Origin: Clostridiales bacterium
Lineage (GTDB): Bacteria > Bacillota > Clostridia > Christensenellales > UBA1242
NCBI GenBank assembly: GCA_015055815.1
Contig: SVHM01000002.1
Coordinates: 7,520-71,519, forward strand
Length of the DNA: 64,000 bases
Reading direction: 5' to 3'
The notes beneath the pieces were generated by a model, which saw only the letters and a program-made list of their open reading frames with translations, was not told where the DNA came from and did no database searches. A program made the translations under genes and the position numbers. Below, piece after piece: positions 42,518 to 57,500 of the stretch. The number at the start of each line of letters is the position of its first letter. Position 1 is the stretch's first letter.

Positions 42518-42545
42518 CAATTATTAATATTTAGTTTGCATAGTA

Positions 42546-45500
42546 CTAATTATACCTTGAAAAACAAACAACTTGGTATCTCCCTGGAACACCTTCCACT
42601 TCTGTCAATTGACCATAATTATTTGCGGAATTACTAAATAACAAAGTATGCACTTTACCATTATAATCAAATTGTATTTTATACTGATCAACCATACATC
42701 TTATTAAAGTCCCACAGTATGGCCCATTTTTATCACCACAAAATACATATAGAGAATTAGACATATACAGTTGTACACTATTCAATTCTTCTTTAGCATT
42801 ATTATTTGTAACAAAGATAGTTAAATTACTTAGCGCAACATTATAAATAACACCAATATTTTGAGTAATAGGAGTACATTCATTAAAATTTTGATTTTGA
42901 AAATTAAAATTAATATTCGCAATTAAACCGCTATTAACCTGAATAAACACATCAAATCCATTGTTATCAGTTATTTCCATGGTAACTTTTTTAACATCAT
43001 CCCCTAAAGGAATACCGATAATTGCAGAGTTTTCAGATATAACCATAAATGTAAAATCACTTGGCAATTTCAATTCAAACGAATCACCTATTAACAGGAT
43101 AATCGAATTTTTTAATTCAGACCTATAATAATAATCTTTCTCTAAACCTTTAAATAATTCAATCAATTGTGTATCGTTATATATCAACTTAACAGTCGCA
43201 CCATCATAAGTTGGTATTTCACTCTCACTATTTATCTCTAATGAATATGTAAACACATAATCACTATCAATATTATCGGGATCTGACATTTGCGAATTTA
43301 ACTCACTTATTGATTCTAACAAGGTTCCATTAACAAGCAATTTAACCCTAAATACATGTTCTTGTAATGGTAGAACAAAACCATATTCTCCATTATCATA
43401 TTTTTCCCAAACTTCATTATCTTTAGATATTTTTACTAATTGACTAATATTGCCTTCATCATTTAATCTATTAAATTTAGAAACTTCTTGTGGAACATAT
43501 ATCACATAATTTTTACAATAGCCAGAGTTAGCATTTTTTACCAAATATAGTTTATATTTAGTTTCTCCGCTATAACCTATTGTCGCAGAATATACATCTA
43601 TAATTTTACCCGTGTTGTTAGATGAGAATGCGTAAATAGTCTTACAATTAGCATTAACAGCCACATATGAAGAAATACATTTATAAATATTACCAGCATT
43701 TCCAACAGTAAACGCAGAAGTAATATTTCCATCGCTAGTAGCATTACCATTAATATCAATAAGCATTCCCGAATTTCCATATACAGAAACACCAACAATT
43801 AAGCCATTTGAACTATTAGTGTTACAGAATGCCAAATCACCACTCAAATCTATTCTTAAATTAGATATTACACCATTATTAGTTCCAATTATATAACTAG
43901 TTACAGCCACACCAGAACCACTAGTCGAACCAGCAGTCAATGTAGAGAAGCTGATTACATCATTATTAATCTGCGTCCTACCAGATATTATAGTCTTTTC
44001 ACCAACTGAAGCAATACCTGACGGAACATTAGCACTTTCATTGATTACATAATACTTATTATCAGTAATATTATTTCCACTAACACTAAACATCTCTAAA
44101 TTAAACCTATAATCTGTAAAGTTTAATTCAGTTAACGAATCAGTAAACGCCTTAGGAACAAACACTTTTACGTTACCACAAGCAATAGTATCCATTTTGT
44201 AATTATTGTCATCATCGTAAGCAAATAATGAAGTAGAAGTATTAGCTTCAATAGTTAGCTCTACAATTTCAGTTGTTTCAGGATTATCAGTACTAAAATA
44301 CAAATCAGCCAAAGCAAATGTATTAAAGAAACTATCATTACTTTCATAATTATTAGTAGCAAATTCTTGAGCAAAATAAACATTTTCAATAGTCGTATCA
44401 GTTGTATATTTAGAAATAGCATATGTGTTTTTACCACTCGGAATTTCAGTATATACAAATCCGTTCGTTAAAGTATCCATACGTTTAGAATCGTAAGTAA
44501 CACCAGCCATGTAATTTGTATTACTTGTCGAATGACGACCAACACCATCACCATCCGTTATAGTTGCTAGAACAGAGAAGCCTTGCATGGTTATAAATTG
44601 ATCTCTATGTCCCAATATACCACCACAGTATAACATACTATTCGATAGAGCATTAATCATTCCTGCAACAAGAACATTAGTTACAGTAAACGATTTTTTA
44701 GCATATCCCACAACACCACCAACATACAATTTACATTGCACATTAGCAGTAATTTCAGAATTTGCATAAATAGTATTTCCAATAAAATTTTTAACATATC
44801 CAATAATACCACCAACATAAATACCATTACTACTATTTGCAGTTGAAGATACACCAATATCTGCAAAGTTACTAACATTAGTTAATGATAATGATGATGT
44901 ATTATCACTATCTACAACACGTCCTACAACACCACCTATATATGATTGAGCAGTAATGTTTGATACTGTAATACTACATTCACTATTAACAGTTGATTGG
45001 GTAATATTAACATTAAAAGCCTTACCAACAAATCCACCAATTGATACATATGTTTCATCATCAGTTGAAGTATTACCAGACAACACTATTTTCATCTTAT
45101 TTACTGAATTTGCAACACTGATGATATCGCTATTATCTTGATTACCAACAAACCCACCAGCATTTACTGTCGACTTGCTACTAGTTATTGACAATTTGTT
45201 AATATTATTTGTCACATTATATAATGATGACCCTGTTGTACTACCAACCATACCAACATTATATTCACCATTAGCAACCACCAATTTAATATCTGACATA
45301 TCAGAATCAACAGTAACATTATTTAAAGAACTTGATGCAAAGTTACCAGCAACAATTCCAAAGTTTTTACCATCTTGAATGGATATATTACCATCATATA
45401 CCGTAACATCTTCACCAATCTCAACATTATTAACTACCCTAACATTAACATCTGCAATTTGCGTTGTTTGAACTACACCAAACACAAGTCCAACATTAAC

Positions 45501-48500
45501 TGCACCAATGTTAATGTTATTGGATATAGCTTTATTTCCCATATTAATAGTAATATTACAATTATCAAACAACGACCTGTTTAATGTATTTACAAATAAG
45601 CCAAAGTTATCTGTAGTTACATTACAATCACCATTACTATAGTTAATTATAATGTCAACATTTTTCCATGTAACGTTATCTATTATATTGAATATAGAAT
45701 GTACAGTCGAAGAATTTATTATATTAAATTCAATTCTTGGATTTCTTCTAGCAGAAATTCCTTCACCTGATAATACTTGAGCATTACTTACCTCAACTTG
45801 ATTTCCAATCAATGAGAATTTAATAGAGTCCCTTATCCAAACATCTCTTTTATCTTCAATCTCAATAGTTATATCACCAGTCAATATATGTGTCGCATCA
45901 CTCTTTGTATTGATAGCATTAATAAATTGATCTTGTGTACTTATTTCCTTAGTAGTATCAACACTTGATTTAAATGCTGGAAGATATTCATCCATTACCC
46001 AATTGCTACTACCATCAATTAGTACAAATTCAGTATTGATACCATCAGTAACTTGAGAGCCAGCAAATCTACTTTTTCTATCATATTTTTCATCAAATAC
46101 ACTTCTTGTAAACTTATTAGTTTTTGAAGTACCGCTTGCAACAAGTTCAGAATATGCACCCATTAACTGTTCTGCATATTCTTGTGCAGTAAAGATTTGT
46201 GGGAAACTCATTATGTCATAATAACCAGATTTTGTAGCAGAATATTGCAATGAGTCCTTATTTGTAGTTACTTCGGAAGACATTTCGGTCGATTCTTCTA
46301 CAGGCCTGTAAGCATATCTATAGCTACCAATCGACCTATTACCTATACCAGAAATACTTATAGTAAATGGATCTTTTTCATAGCTATCAACTTTATTTCC
46401 ATCCAAATAACTATTTGTTGATGAAGTATATCTACCTAGTGTATTACTAAATACAACACCTGTTATATTATGATCTTGATCAACTATATTAGTAATATTA
46501 GTAGTAGTAACATCTATAAAATCAGGATAAGTAATTGTAGTGACAATTTCATCGTCAACTTCATTACTTTCAGTTACTTCATAAACAACCTTTCCAATAC
46601 TTGAGCCTACTAAATATTTAATATTACTATTAGTATAAGCAAAATCTCTATTATAATGCTCATCATCATCCGCTACAGTTGGAGTAATTGGGGCCAAATT
46701 ACCAATTTCAGGCATTTTTATGTAGAAATTATTGTAATTTCCGTTACCAATATAATATCCTACTTGATTTGAATATAATCTCTCAGTTATTTTATTTCTA
46801 TAATTAATTTCGTTATCGTCTTTGCCAGCATTATTCCAGTCTGTCAAAGCAACAACTCTATCCATATTTAAAGTCGTTCCTAATTGTAAACCAATTGAAC
46901 CACCAATTATTCTTCCCGAATAAACAGAACCAGTAGAATAACAATAACTAATTTTATTTACCGCTGTTACAATTTCATTATCAACATAACCAACTAACCC
47001 GCCTGCTATAAAGCTATTTGGATTAATAACGTTAACTTTTGAGTAACTATTAGAAAGTTCAGCATTTTTCATATAACCTACAATACCACCAACGGCAATA
47101 TTGTAAATTGAAGATAGTTTGAATAAATCATTATATCCACGTTCTCTATCTTTATCAGAAAGCAACATAGAGTCATCTATTCTATCTTGAAGCGCCTTAT
47201 CATGTTCTATTGATGAATAGTCAATTTCTGCATTATACAATTCACCAACAAGTCCACCAGCAATATTGAAAGACTTGATTGACTGTCCACCAGAAACTAT
47301 AAATTTAGAAGTTTCAACTTTAGTAGTTACATTTCCAATTTTTCCAACAAATCCAAACAAGCCACCAGCAATATCCGATTGTTGTATTTCAAAGTTACCC
47401 TTTACTGTCACATCATAAACTTCACTATCTTGTAGTACACCAGCAATACCACCAGCATAAGAAACTCGACTATCATTACTTCCATCATAGTGAACAAATG
47501 TATACATTTCTGTATTACCTGCAACATTTGTACTATAAGTTTTATAATCATGACTTACATTCGACGAGAAGTTAACACCATTTTTAACACTTGAATATCC
47601 TAGGCTAATAGCAATATTTTCAACTGTAATGTCTGAAATGTTACAATTATCTATCTTACCAGCCAACGCACCAGCCATATTTTTAGCTGTGATTACCTTT
47701 CCATTACCATTACCACTTCCAATAATATGAACATTGTTTATTGTAGAATTATTAGTTATCGTTCCCGCCAAAATTCCACCATACGTAACATCACTACCAG
47801 ATGAGTAACCAGAAAGTGTAATTGTCAAGTTTTTAATAGTTCCGCCTTGGATACTACCAAATAAGCCAAACTTATCAATATTTAGTTCTTCTTCTTCGCC
47901 AACATTTAAACTTAAATTCTTAAGTGACATTCCATTTCCATCTAGAACACCACTGAATATAGTTTGGAATATATAAGAATTTTTACATTTTGTAGCAGTA
48001 GTTAAACCTGTAAAATCTAAATCTTTAACCATTCTGAAATGCGTACCTGTAATAACTTCTCTACCAGCATTAGGATTGGCATTATTAATAGGGTCAGAAT
48101 AATTAAGAATATAATTATTGAAGTCTAATGCACTATCTAAAATTATAGGATTTACAGCTAAACCATATGAATATGTAGAATGGTACTGATAATAGTACAT
48201 ATATTCAGTCATTGTACTATCTGTACCAGTTGTTCCGCTATCAGAATTATCAATAAGAAGTGTTCTATGTGAGAAGGTTTCTTTTTCACATGATTCTAGT
48301 TTTGGTAAATATGTACCCATCTTCCATTCGCCATTACCTGCATCACCAGTCGCAAACTTAAATCCATACCAATTATTTGCTGGAGCAAATAAATTCTCAT
48401 TTCCACATTTTAGCATTCCAACAGCTTTTTCGGAAGAAACTGTCGCTTCATTACCCAATATTAAGTAATAACAATTTGTATACGTACCGGAATTATTAAT

Positions 48501-51500
48501 ATTAGCATTTTCAATACCAGTAAACACACCATATGCATTTGAAGAATTCTTTTTAGTACCAGCAGAATAACTATTTTCAATAGTACCAGTATTAGTATTA
48601 TTAAATACGAATGCTCCAGAGAATGCTCCCCTATGTTCTATATAAACATTTGCATAACTATTTAAAATCTTACCAGCATTTTCATAGACTAGACCACCAA
48701 CACTACCCCTTGATTCAATCATTGAGATATCTTCAACGGCTCTATAACTTTCAATAGTTTGACCTTCTGCATAACAAGAAGTTATAAGTCCACTACTACT
48801 ATTATTTGCAACAAAACCACCCGTCGCACTCTTATTTCCAAGTGGATACAAGTTATATATACCAACACCTTTTACAAAGCTATTAGATATAATCTTTGTA
48901 TTTTGAGAAACCAAGCCACCAATAACATTACCACTTACAATTGCAAATGGATAAACATTTATTGAAGGTATACTTGCTTGATTTTCATTTGAATTTGAAT
49001 CACTTGGTGCTGGTGCTATTTTTATAATACTACCATTACTATCCGTTTTACTACTAATACCAGCAAAAGAATTAGTAATATATCCATTATTTACAGCAAC
49101 TAAACCTGCAATGTTATGATTATAATCAGTTCCCAAATCATCTCTTTGTTTTACTAAGACGTGAAAATATTCACTTTCTGAGTTGTTGGCACTAGCATTA
49201 TATGTATTAACAACTTTAACATTAGTAATTGTACCGTTATTTTCACCTGCCAATACCCCAAAGTTAACATTCTTAATGTAACTCAAATCAATATTAGATT
49301 GATTATGAACATAAGTTTCAGCTTTTGAATTTTCAAGTATTGCTTCGTCATTTAAGAATTTAGTTTCAGTAACCAATAATTCAGATATATCTATTGTAAT
49401 ATTCTTAAGCAATGTATGCTCAGATATTGTAGAGAATATACCTGCATTTGCTTTTTCCTGATTTCTAAATTTGTCCATATTGAAGCTACTTACTTTTAGG
49501 ACATATCCATTTCCATCAAGCATTCTACAATTAATATCCATTGGTTCCCAATCGATAAGATTAATATCATTTAGAAGTATATAGTTTCCTTCACCTTCTT
49601 TTGAGTTACAATACTTAACCAATTCTTCTTGAGTTCTTATTGGAGTTGGATGGTCTTCTGTAGAATTATCTTCTACTGTAATTATAATATCAATTACTTT
49701 TTCATAAACGTTACCAGTATCACCCAATTTTAACATACCAGTATAAACTTTTTTACCATCTACTTCAATTTCAGAATAATCATAGAAATACTTAAATTGC
49801 AATCTAAATTGATTATTTTCACTTACAATCTTACCTACTAAAGAAGCATAACTATAAGTATATCCATCTTTTTCTTCTGATGAAGTTATCAACTTAACAT
49901 TATTATATGTTGTATTAAATGTGTCCATCTTTTCATAAAGTTGATGTTCTGCGTCATAACAATACAACCAATATTCACTAACATCACTATTTAAAGATAT
50001 TATACTACTTGTCGAATTAGAAATTTCAGTTCTAGCAAGCTGATATTCAAATTTATTCTTATTTGACATTGTGCCAATACTTTCATCTTCAAGAGCTCTT
50101 TTATATTTTTCAACTTCTTCAGTAGTACCAATCTCAATAGGTTTATACTTAATAGTTAAAGCAATATTAAAGCCTTCCGCTTGATTAATTGTTATATATG
50201 CTTTTGAATAGTCATTATTCTTGTAAGAAGCTTCATTATCAATAGTAATATAATCTATTTCAAACTCAACTATTTTAAATGTTAATTCTTCAGTTGCAAT
50301 TTCAACTTCACCAAGTACAACTTCACTTGCATAGAATTCAATAGTAGCTTCACTTACTGTACACTCTACATCAACACATACAAAATATGAATTTATATAT
50401 GATATGTCTAGTACACCATTTGCTTTTTCTAATTTATTACCGTTATATCTAGCAACAAAAATCTTATCAATATCTTTACCGCTATTTGTTGAAATTGAAT
50501 AGTAAATATTATTAGTAATATTCTCAATGTTAATGTCAAGTTGTTTTTTAACACCCCTACCAATAACATTTCTTTCTACATCAGTTTCACCTTTTAATGC
50601 TACTGACAATTCAGGCAATTCTTGAACTGATAATATTTTTTGGTTTTCATAAGTTTTTGTAGCAATATTATTTTTCACTTCATAAGAATGAACAATAACT
50701 GGAATTTGACTAGTCTTTGGAAGTCTACCAATCATACATAGCCTTATATAATATGTATTACCATAATTAATTATATTATCATTACTTGAAGTTTGTCTTG
50801 CAAGTCTTATACCAAAATACTTACCACCATGATCTCTAGCATCACCCAAATTTTGAATGTCATAATATTTACTTAGTATTCCCGTATCAGCATCAACAAC
50901 ACCACTAACTTGTTTAAGTATAATATCATTTTTAAATTCAATTGGAATAAGTACTTCTACATAACTTGAATTATTTAACTTCTCGTCTAAAGTAAGTTTC
51001 ATAATTCCATTTTCATTATAAACCATACTACTACTTGTATTTGTTTCAGTTAAAATAGTATATTCTCTATTACTTTCTTGAGTTCTTGGATAATAGTCCA
51101 TATAAATTCTAGAAAGTTCATTTGGAGCAATAGACCAATTAACCAAGCTATAAAGCCCTGTATTTGTTTCTGACATAACTGTCATTTTGCAATTTATATT
51201 ACTCAAATCATACATATGTGCATTGTCAATATAGAAAGTTTCATTAAATACTACTTCGTATTCAATTGATACTTTAAACATTCCATCAGACAATGCTTCA
51301 TAAGTATATGGCTTAAATTTGAATGTAAACAATGCATAATTAAATTCACCCTTAGTACCCATGGTTACCACATTACCAGAAACGGTATTATCGCTTCCAT
51401 CTGCACCAACAATGTTTTGTGGTAAAATGAATTTCTTATTTGTAAATATGAAAGATAATTCATTTAGATTAGTAGTACCTAAGCTATATGTTGTTGTAGG

Positions 51501-54500
51501 ATTTGTTCCTTCAGTTACAGTTGTTGTAATGTTATTTGTTACAATTGATAAAACTGCTTGTGTAGAACTAGAAACAGAAACCACCGAACTATCCAAATCA
51601 TTTACAAGTTCAATTGTTCTTCCTGTAACATCAAATGTAAATGATTTAATCATGCTTTCATCTTTCATAATATACGAATTTGGATAACTAATACCTTCAT
51701 ATGTACCATTATAAGTTACATCTCCCAAATTCAATATTGGAACTAATTTAAAGTTAACCATTGTACCAATTTTACATTTAGGAATGATATCTAATTGTTT
51801 ATTATTAAGTAGTATTACTCCGCCATCATTGACAGTTACACCATTTACAATAATGTTTCCTGTATTTGTATATGTATTATCAATAGTAACACCGCATGAT
51901 ACTAGGTGGAATAAATATTTAACATCATTAGCAGTTGAATTATCGTCACCAATGTAGAAAGTATTTCTTTCTGTTACATACATTGTTTTATTTGCTATTT
52001 CTGTTACTTCTTCATGACTAGAATTTTCTAAATGATAATTACTAGAAATACCATGCATAACTTTAATTAATATCTCAGCTTTAATATCTCTATCTAGATA
52101 ACTACTAATTACTAATGTTGCTTTACCAGCTTTCAAAGGAACGATAGTATTTCCTTGTAATTTAAATACTCCCTTGTCACCATCTTCCAAAATAGACAAT
52201 TCAATTCTATCATTACTCTTTAATTTGAAATTAGTAGCATCAATTGTTTCTCCACGATATGAAACTACAAGAGTACATGTCTTATCGTCATCCCCATCTA
52301 ATTCTTCAGATATGACAATATTGTATACTGGATTTTCTCGAAGAAGCATCAATATCTGATGATGTCTACCATTCTCATCATCATAGTGAATATCATATTT
52401 AAAGGAGCCATCAATACCAACATCAATACCTGTTGCCACAAGGTCATACATTAATTTACCTTTATCATCAATTATGATTGGTAATATCTGATATGTAGTT
52501 TCATTCAAACCTACAGTATTAATCTTATTATTTGTATTGTAGAACCATTTATGATTTTCACTATCATAGGCAACGCTTCCATCAGTAATCTTAGTCAAAC
52601 TATTCTTTATCTCATCGCCTAACAAATTCCCTTCTGAATAAATACCCGCTAAAACAATCTTAGAACTTTCTGTTTTTACAATAAAGCCAACATTGTTATT
52701 AAGAACAGCATATGAATTTGAAATTTTTAGTATTAGCGTTTCTTCACTATTTACCGCACTTACCTGATCGTCTTCTTCATTTTCTTCATTATTTACTATA
52801 GCTAGAACAAATTCTTTATCGATAAATTCAATTGAACCAATAATACTTGCCCCATTTACAACGTCTTTTACTTCAACAAATGTATTTCCGTCTTCAGATC
52901 TATAAATCAAACCTACAGCATAGCTATCTAAAATCTCTACATTTTTATAGCCACCCAACATTAAACCAGTTTTAGCAAAGTTTCCGTCATTTTTAACAAC
53001 GGCAATATCACCATCAAAATAACTTGATTTTATTATTCCATGCGAGTAATTACCAACAATTCCACCTATTTCTGATGTCTTATCAACATTTGCATAAATA
53101 TTACCTAAATAATTATCTCCAATTGTTGAATTGTAGAAACTTCTTACATATGAATAATTAATATTTCCATATGCACTACCAACAATTCCACCAACAATTG
53201 CTTGTGAGTTAGGCGCATCAAGTCTGAAATTGATTTTTTCAATGCCAAGATAATCGTTACCAATATTAACAAAGTAAACAATAGCATGAGTTATATCAGT
53301 AGAAGCAGTACTTTCACCTAGTATACCACCGACCTTTAAAGTATTATTACTATCAGTCTCAACAAGGATTTTTGGACTTGCTGTAACTGAAGAAATATTT
53401 GAAGGTGCATCACTACTTAAACCAACGCAACCACCAAATACACCAACTTTTTTAGCAGTAATCAATGAAACGACTTGTAAATCAGTTAATTGACAACTAT
53501 TAATTCTACCAACTATACCACCCGCAACATATGAACTTCCACAATTTGAAAGTTTAATAACAACGTTTGCATTATCATAAGTTGAGCTAACACCTATTAC
53601 ACGATTATCTGGCAAACCTAAAATTGCAGTTTTTGTAGCATTGCCCACAAAACCACCAATATTAATAGTTCCAGCAGTATTGCCACCAATAACTTCAATA
53701 GTACCAGTTGCCACACAACTATTAATCTTACAGTATGATGTATTATCTACAACTCTAACGCCAGACATGGATGATTGAGATACCCCTCCACCATCTGTCA
53801 ATCCAGCAAATATACCAACATTTACAGTTCCTGTAAACCCACTGTTTAGGCTATTATTGATGACTATTTCAGCATTTTTAATAGTTAGGTATTCTAATTT
53901 TACTTCTACACCTGTTGCAATTTTTCCAAACAAGCCAATATTTTCTACCGCACTAGAATTACTACTAGTTAAATTTTTACGAATTCTTAAGTTTAATATA
54001 GAAGAATAATATGTAGTTTGATCTTTTCCTGTACCACTAACAAATTTACCGCTTAGTGAGAATACCCTTCCCGCTGTATTTGTTAAGTTAATAGGAGTAA
54101 AGTTATTTTTGCTAGACAAATCAATGTCGTTAACTAACACATAATAATTATAATGCCCTTCATTTACATTATTAACCATTCTATCAAAGTCATCTATAGT
54201 TGATATTTCAAATGGATGAGACACCGAGCCATCAGAATATGTAACTCTAACAGTTTGAACAAACATATTACTTCCATTATAGAAGTCAAACCCATCTCCA
54301 CTTTGAGATAACCCTTTTATATTATCTTCAGTTGTAATTACTATGTAGTACTCAGAAGCGCTCGCACCCGGCTTAGGTGTAATTTCAATATATCCAGTAT
54401 TTCCGTTGTTTGTTTGAACTATTTGAGTAGTAAACATTGTAGTTTCAACATCTTGAATAATGGTTAATTTTTTGTTTGTAGCATTAAAATTATTAATTGT

Positions 54501-57500
54501 ATAACCAATTCTTCTTGTACGAATTGAGTCACTTCCACCAACGATTTCTTCATAAATACCTTGTTTGCCTACATCTAATTTAACACCATTTGTTTTCTCT
54601 GGAACAGAAGCTCTAAAAGTTACTGAAGAAGCCACCGTTTCATAGTTAAACTGTCTAACTTTAATGTCAACCTGGAATACAATGTTGTTTGAAGATATTA
54701 TTTCTCTTAAAATGGTTTCTTGACCAATTGTAATGTGATTATTAATAAAGTTCTTTAAATCTTCAGACATAACACATGTGACAACACATTCACCCGTAGT
54801 CTCATTTTTATCAACTCTAAACAAGTCCCCATATTCAAGTGCATATTCATCTGTAGTTTTTTGAGACTTAATCTTTACTTGTTGTCCATTACTATCGTAA
54901 ATAGGTCTTGCACTCATCATTTCATATGAATAAGTTAAAGATATAGCTTCATCATTTGCACTAAATCCTATTTTCATACCTACCCAATCTTTATTAACAC
55001 CAGCATGAGTTAATTTATTAAAGTTGGTTGAAATATGTTTTTCATGCATTTTATTTTTATTAGGGTTAACGATATCATAATATCCCAAATAATCTTGCAA
55101 ATAAATTGTATCATTTACTAGATTTACATCAACTTCCAAGTCTTTGAAGTCTTGAAGAATGTACACATAAAGGACAGCTCTTCTATTTTCTAATTTAATA
55201 GTTTTATTATCTAAACGATAAAATTCATAAGAGATGGTTATTTGAGTTTCACCAGTTTCGCCTTGTGTTGTTAAAATACCATCTTGTAAAGCCACATACC
55301 TATTGTTGCCGATAGATATTTTTACATTCTTGGAAATATCTATTCTTTCACCTTTTAAGAAGTCATAAATTCCCAAACTTACAGAAGAATTTGGATGCAT
55401 AAATAATTTTGCAACCGACTCGTAGTTAATTCCACCAAATTCGCATTTTGCTTTAGGATCAAATGTTTCTGCGTCATCTCCACCATCTTCCAAAGCACTT
55501 GCTCCAGTTGTCCCTTCACCCTCTACTGGCAAAGTGGTATTTGTAACGTAATACAAATATGAATTTGATGTTGACAACATCTCTAATGCCAAAGGAGCAT
55601 CACTATGAAGAGAATAGAATGAAGTCATATAACATTTAATAGTTATACTTTCTTGAAGTTTGTTATGTTTAGCAGTAAATGTAACTTTAAAGTCTTTCTT
55701 CATTGTCTTTAAAGGTTCAACATAATAAACATACCCTTCTTCTTCACTCCACTCATAGTCAATTTTTAAATTTTCTTTATCATATTCGATTGATTGAACA
55801 ACTTTTTGTGGTGTCAATTCAGACTCTAAAGCGAACAATTTAGTTTTTGCACTTGACAAATCTGCCGTATCAATAAATAATGTTTTTTCGTAATTTTCAC
55901 CAAAGAAAGTCGCTAAAGTTTTTTCAAATTTCAATTTAATTGGATAATAAATATACTGAGTTGAAATCTCATCACTCAAAGTATCCAATGAAAATTCTAT
56001 TGCTATATAAATAGTGTTATCTGCAACTTCAGAAAGATCTGAAAATTCGTGTTTTAAGTAGAATACCGACCCGTAACCAAACACAACAGGATCTTCACCC
56101 TTTTCAAGAGAGTCTGCCCCAAGCCTTGCAAAATTAACTGTTTCTTGCATGCCCTTTACATTTAATGTAAGTTTTGACGCCAACTGATCGCTATCAGTTG
56201 CCAAATAATAATTCCAGTTCCTATAAGTACCCGCTTGTATTTCAAGAGCATCACCCAATTGAACATTAAATTCTGCTCCATTTCCAGGATAGTTATCACA
56301 TATCAAGAATGGATTTAGCGATAATTCTTGGTTATTTATATACAAGGTGTTTGGCAAAGAAACAACTTCAAAATTAACAATAATTTCATGTGAAATAGCT
56401 TGCGGATATTCTTTATGTCTAAGTAGGAAAGTATGTGTATATGTACCAGCAAACAAAGATTCAACACTAAATGCGTTCAACTCACCACTTGGCAAAATAG
56501 ATACACACTTACCATGCTTAGGCAAAACAGCCTTAACTTCTTCACCATCAACAATAGATACAACTTCAAAATCAGAAGGATTTCCAGCCTTATATTCCAA
56601 CTTCAAAGCACGTCCAAAATAGTATGATAAAGGAATATTTGGATCAGCAGATAGCCTACCCTTAGCCCCCTGATCAACAAGTTTAACATTGTATTCATAT
56701 TTATCAGAAACAGACGCCAAAACATCTTTTTCATTTTGTTCTTCAAGACTAGACAAAAGTTTTATATCAGTACAATCATTAAGTACCACTACATCAAAAT
56801 ATTTAACAATATCAGAAGTCGTCTCGTCATCATCTGAATATGTAGCACTAATTCTAACAACTTCATCATAAGTAGCTTGTGCATTTTCATCAAAAGACCC
56901 ACTTGATAAAGTCTTTTTAGGATAAGTTACAGGTTGCTCTTTAGACTCAGCATCTAAGTATGTAGAATAAGTTTGTAAAGTTGTACCATTAACAAATTTC
57001 GCAAATTTACCAAATTCCAATTCTTCTTGAGCAACAGAATATTGAACGCCATCACCAGTAGAACCATCTGGAATAACAACGTCAAACTTCAAATTTTGTT
57101 GTGTTGTCTCTTGTGGTTTAAAGTCAATAAACGATTTTACTTCGCTTAAATCGATAGAATCTCCCTTTCTGATTGCCGATATCAAACTGTTTTGTTTGAA
57201 GTCAAAATCATTAAGTTTAACATCAATTATAAACGGAATTTGACATTTTTCACCCCCACTAATAGCAGAGACTTCCAATGTAAAAGGTCCTTTATTCGAT
57301 GGAGAAATTGCGTTAGCTGTAATTTTAGTTTTACCATCACCGATATATTCAGAAGTCGTTGTAATAAAGCCCCTTCCTGCACCTACAGAAACACCCAAAT
57401 CAACATCAGTTTCAGCAGACACTTGAACTTCAAAAGAAACAGATGTGGACTCATAAACCCCATCTCTAACTTCTTCAAGCATTAAATGTATTGGCTCATT

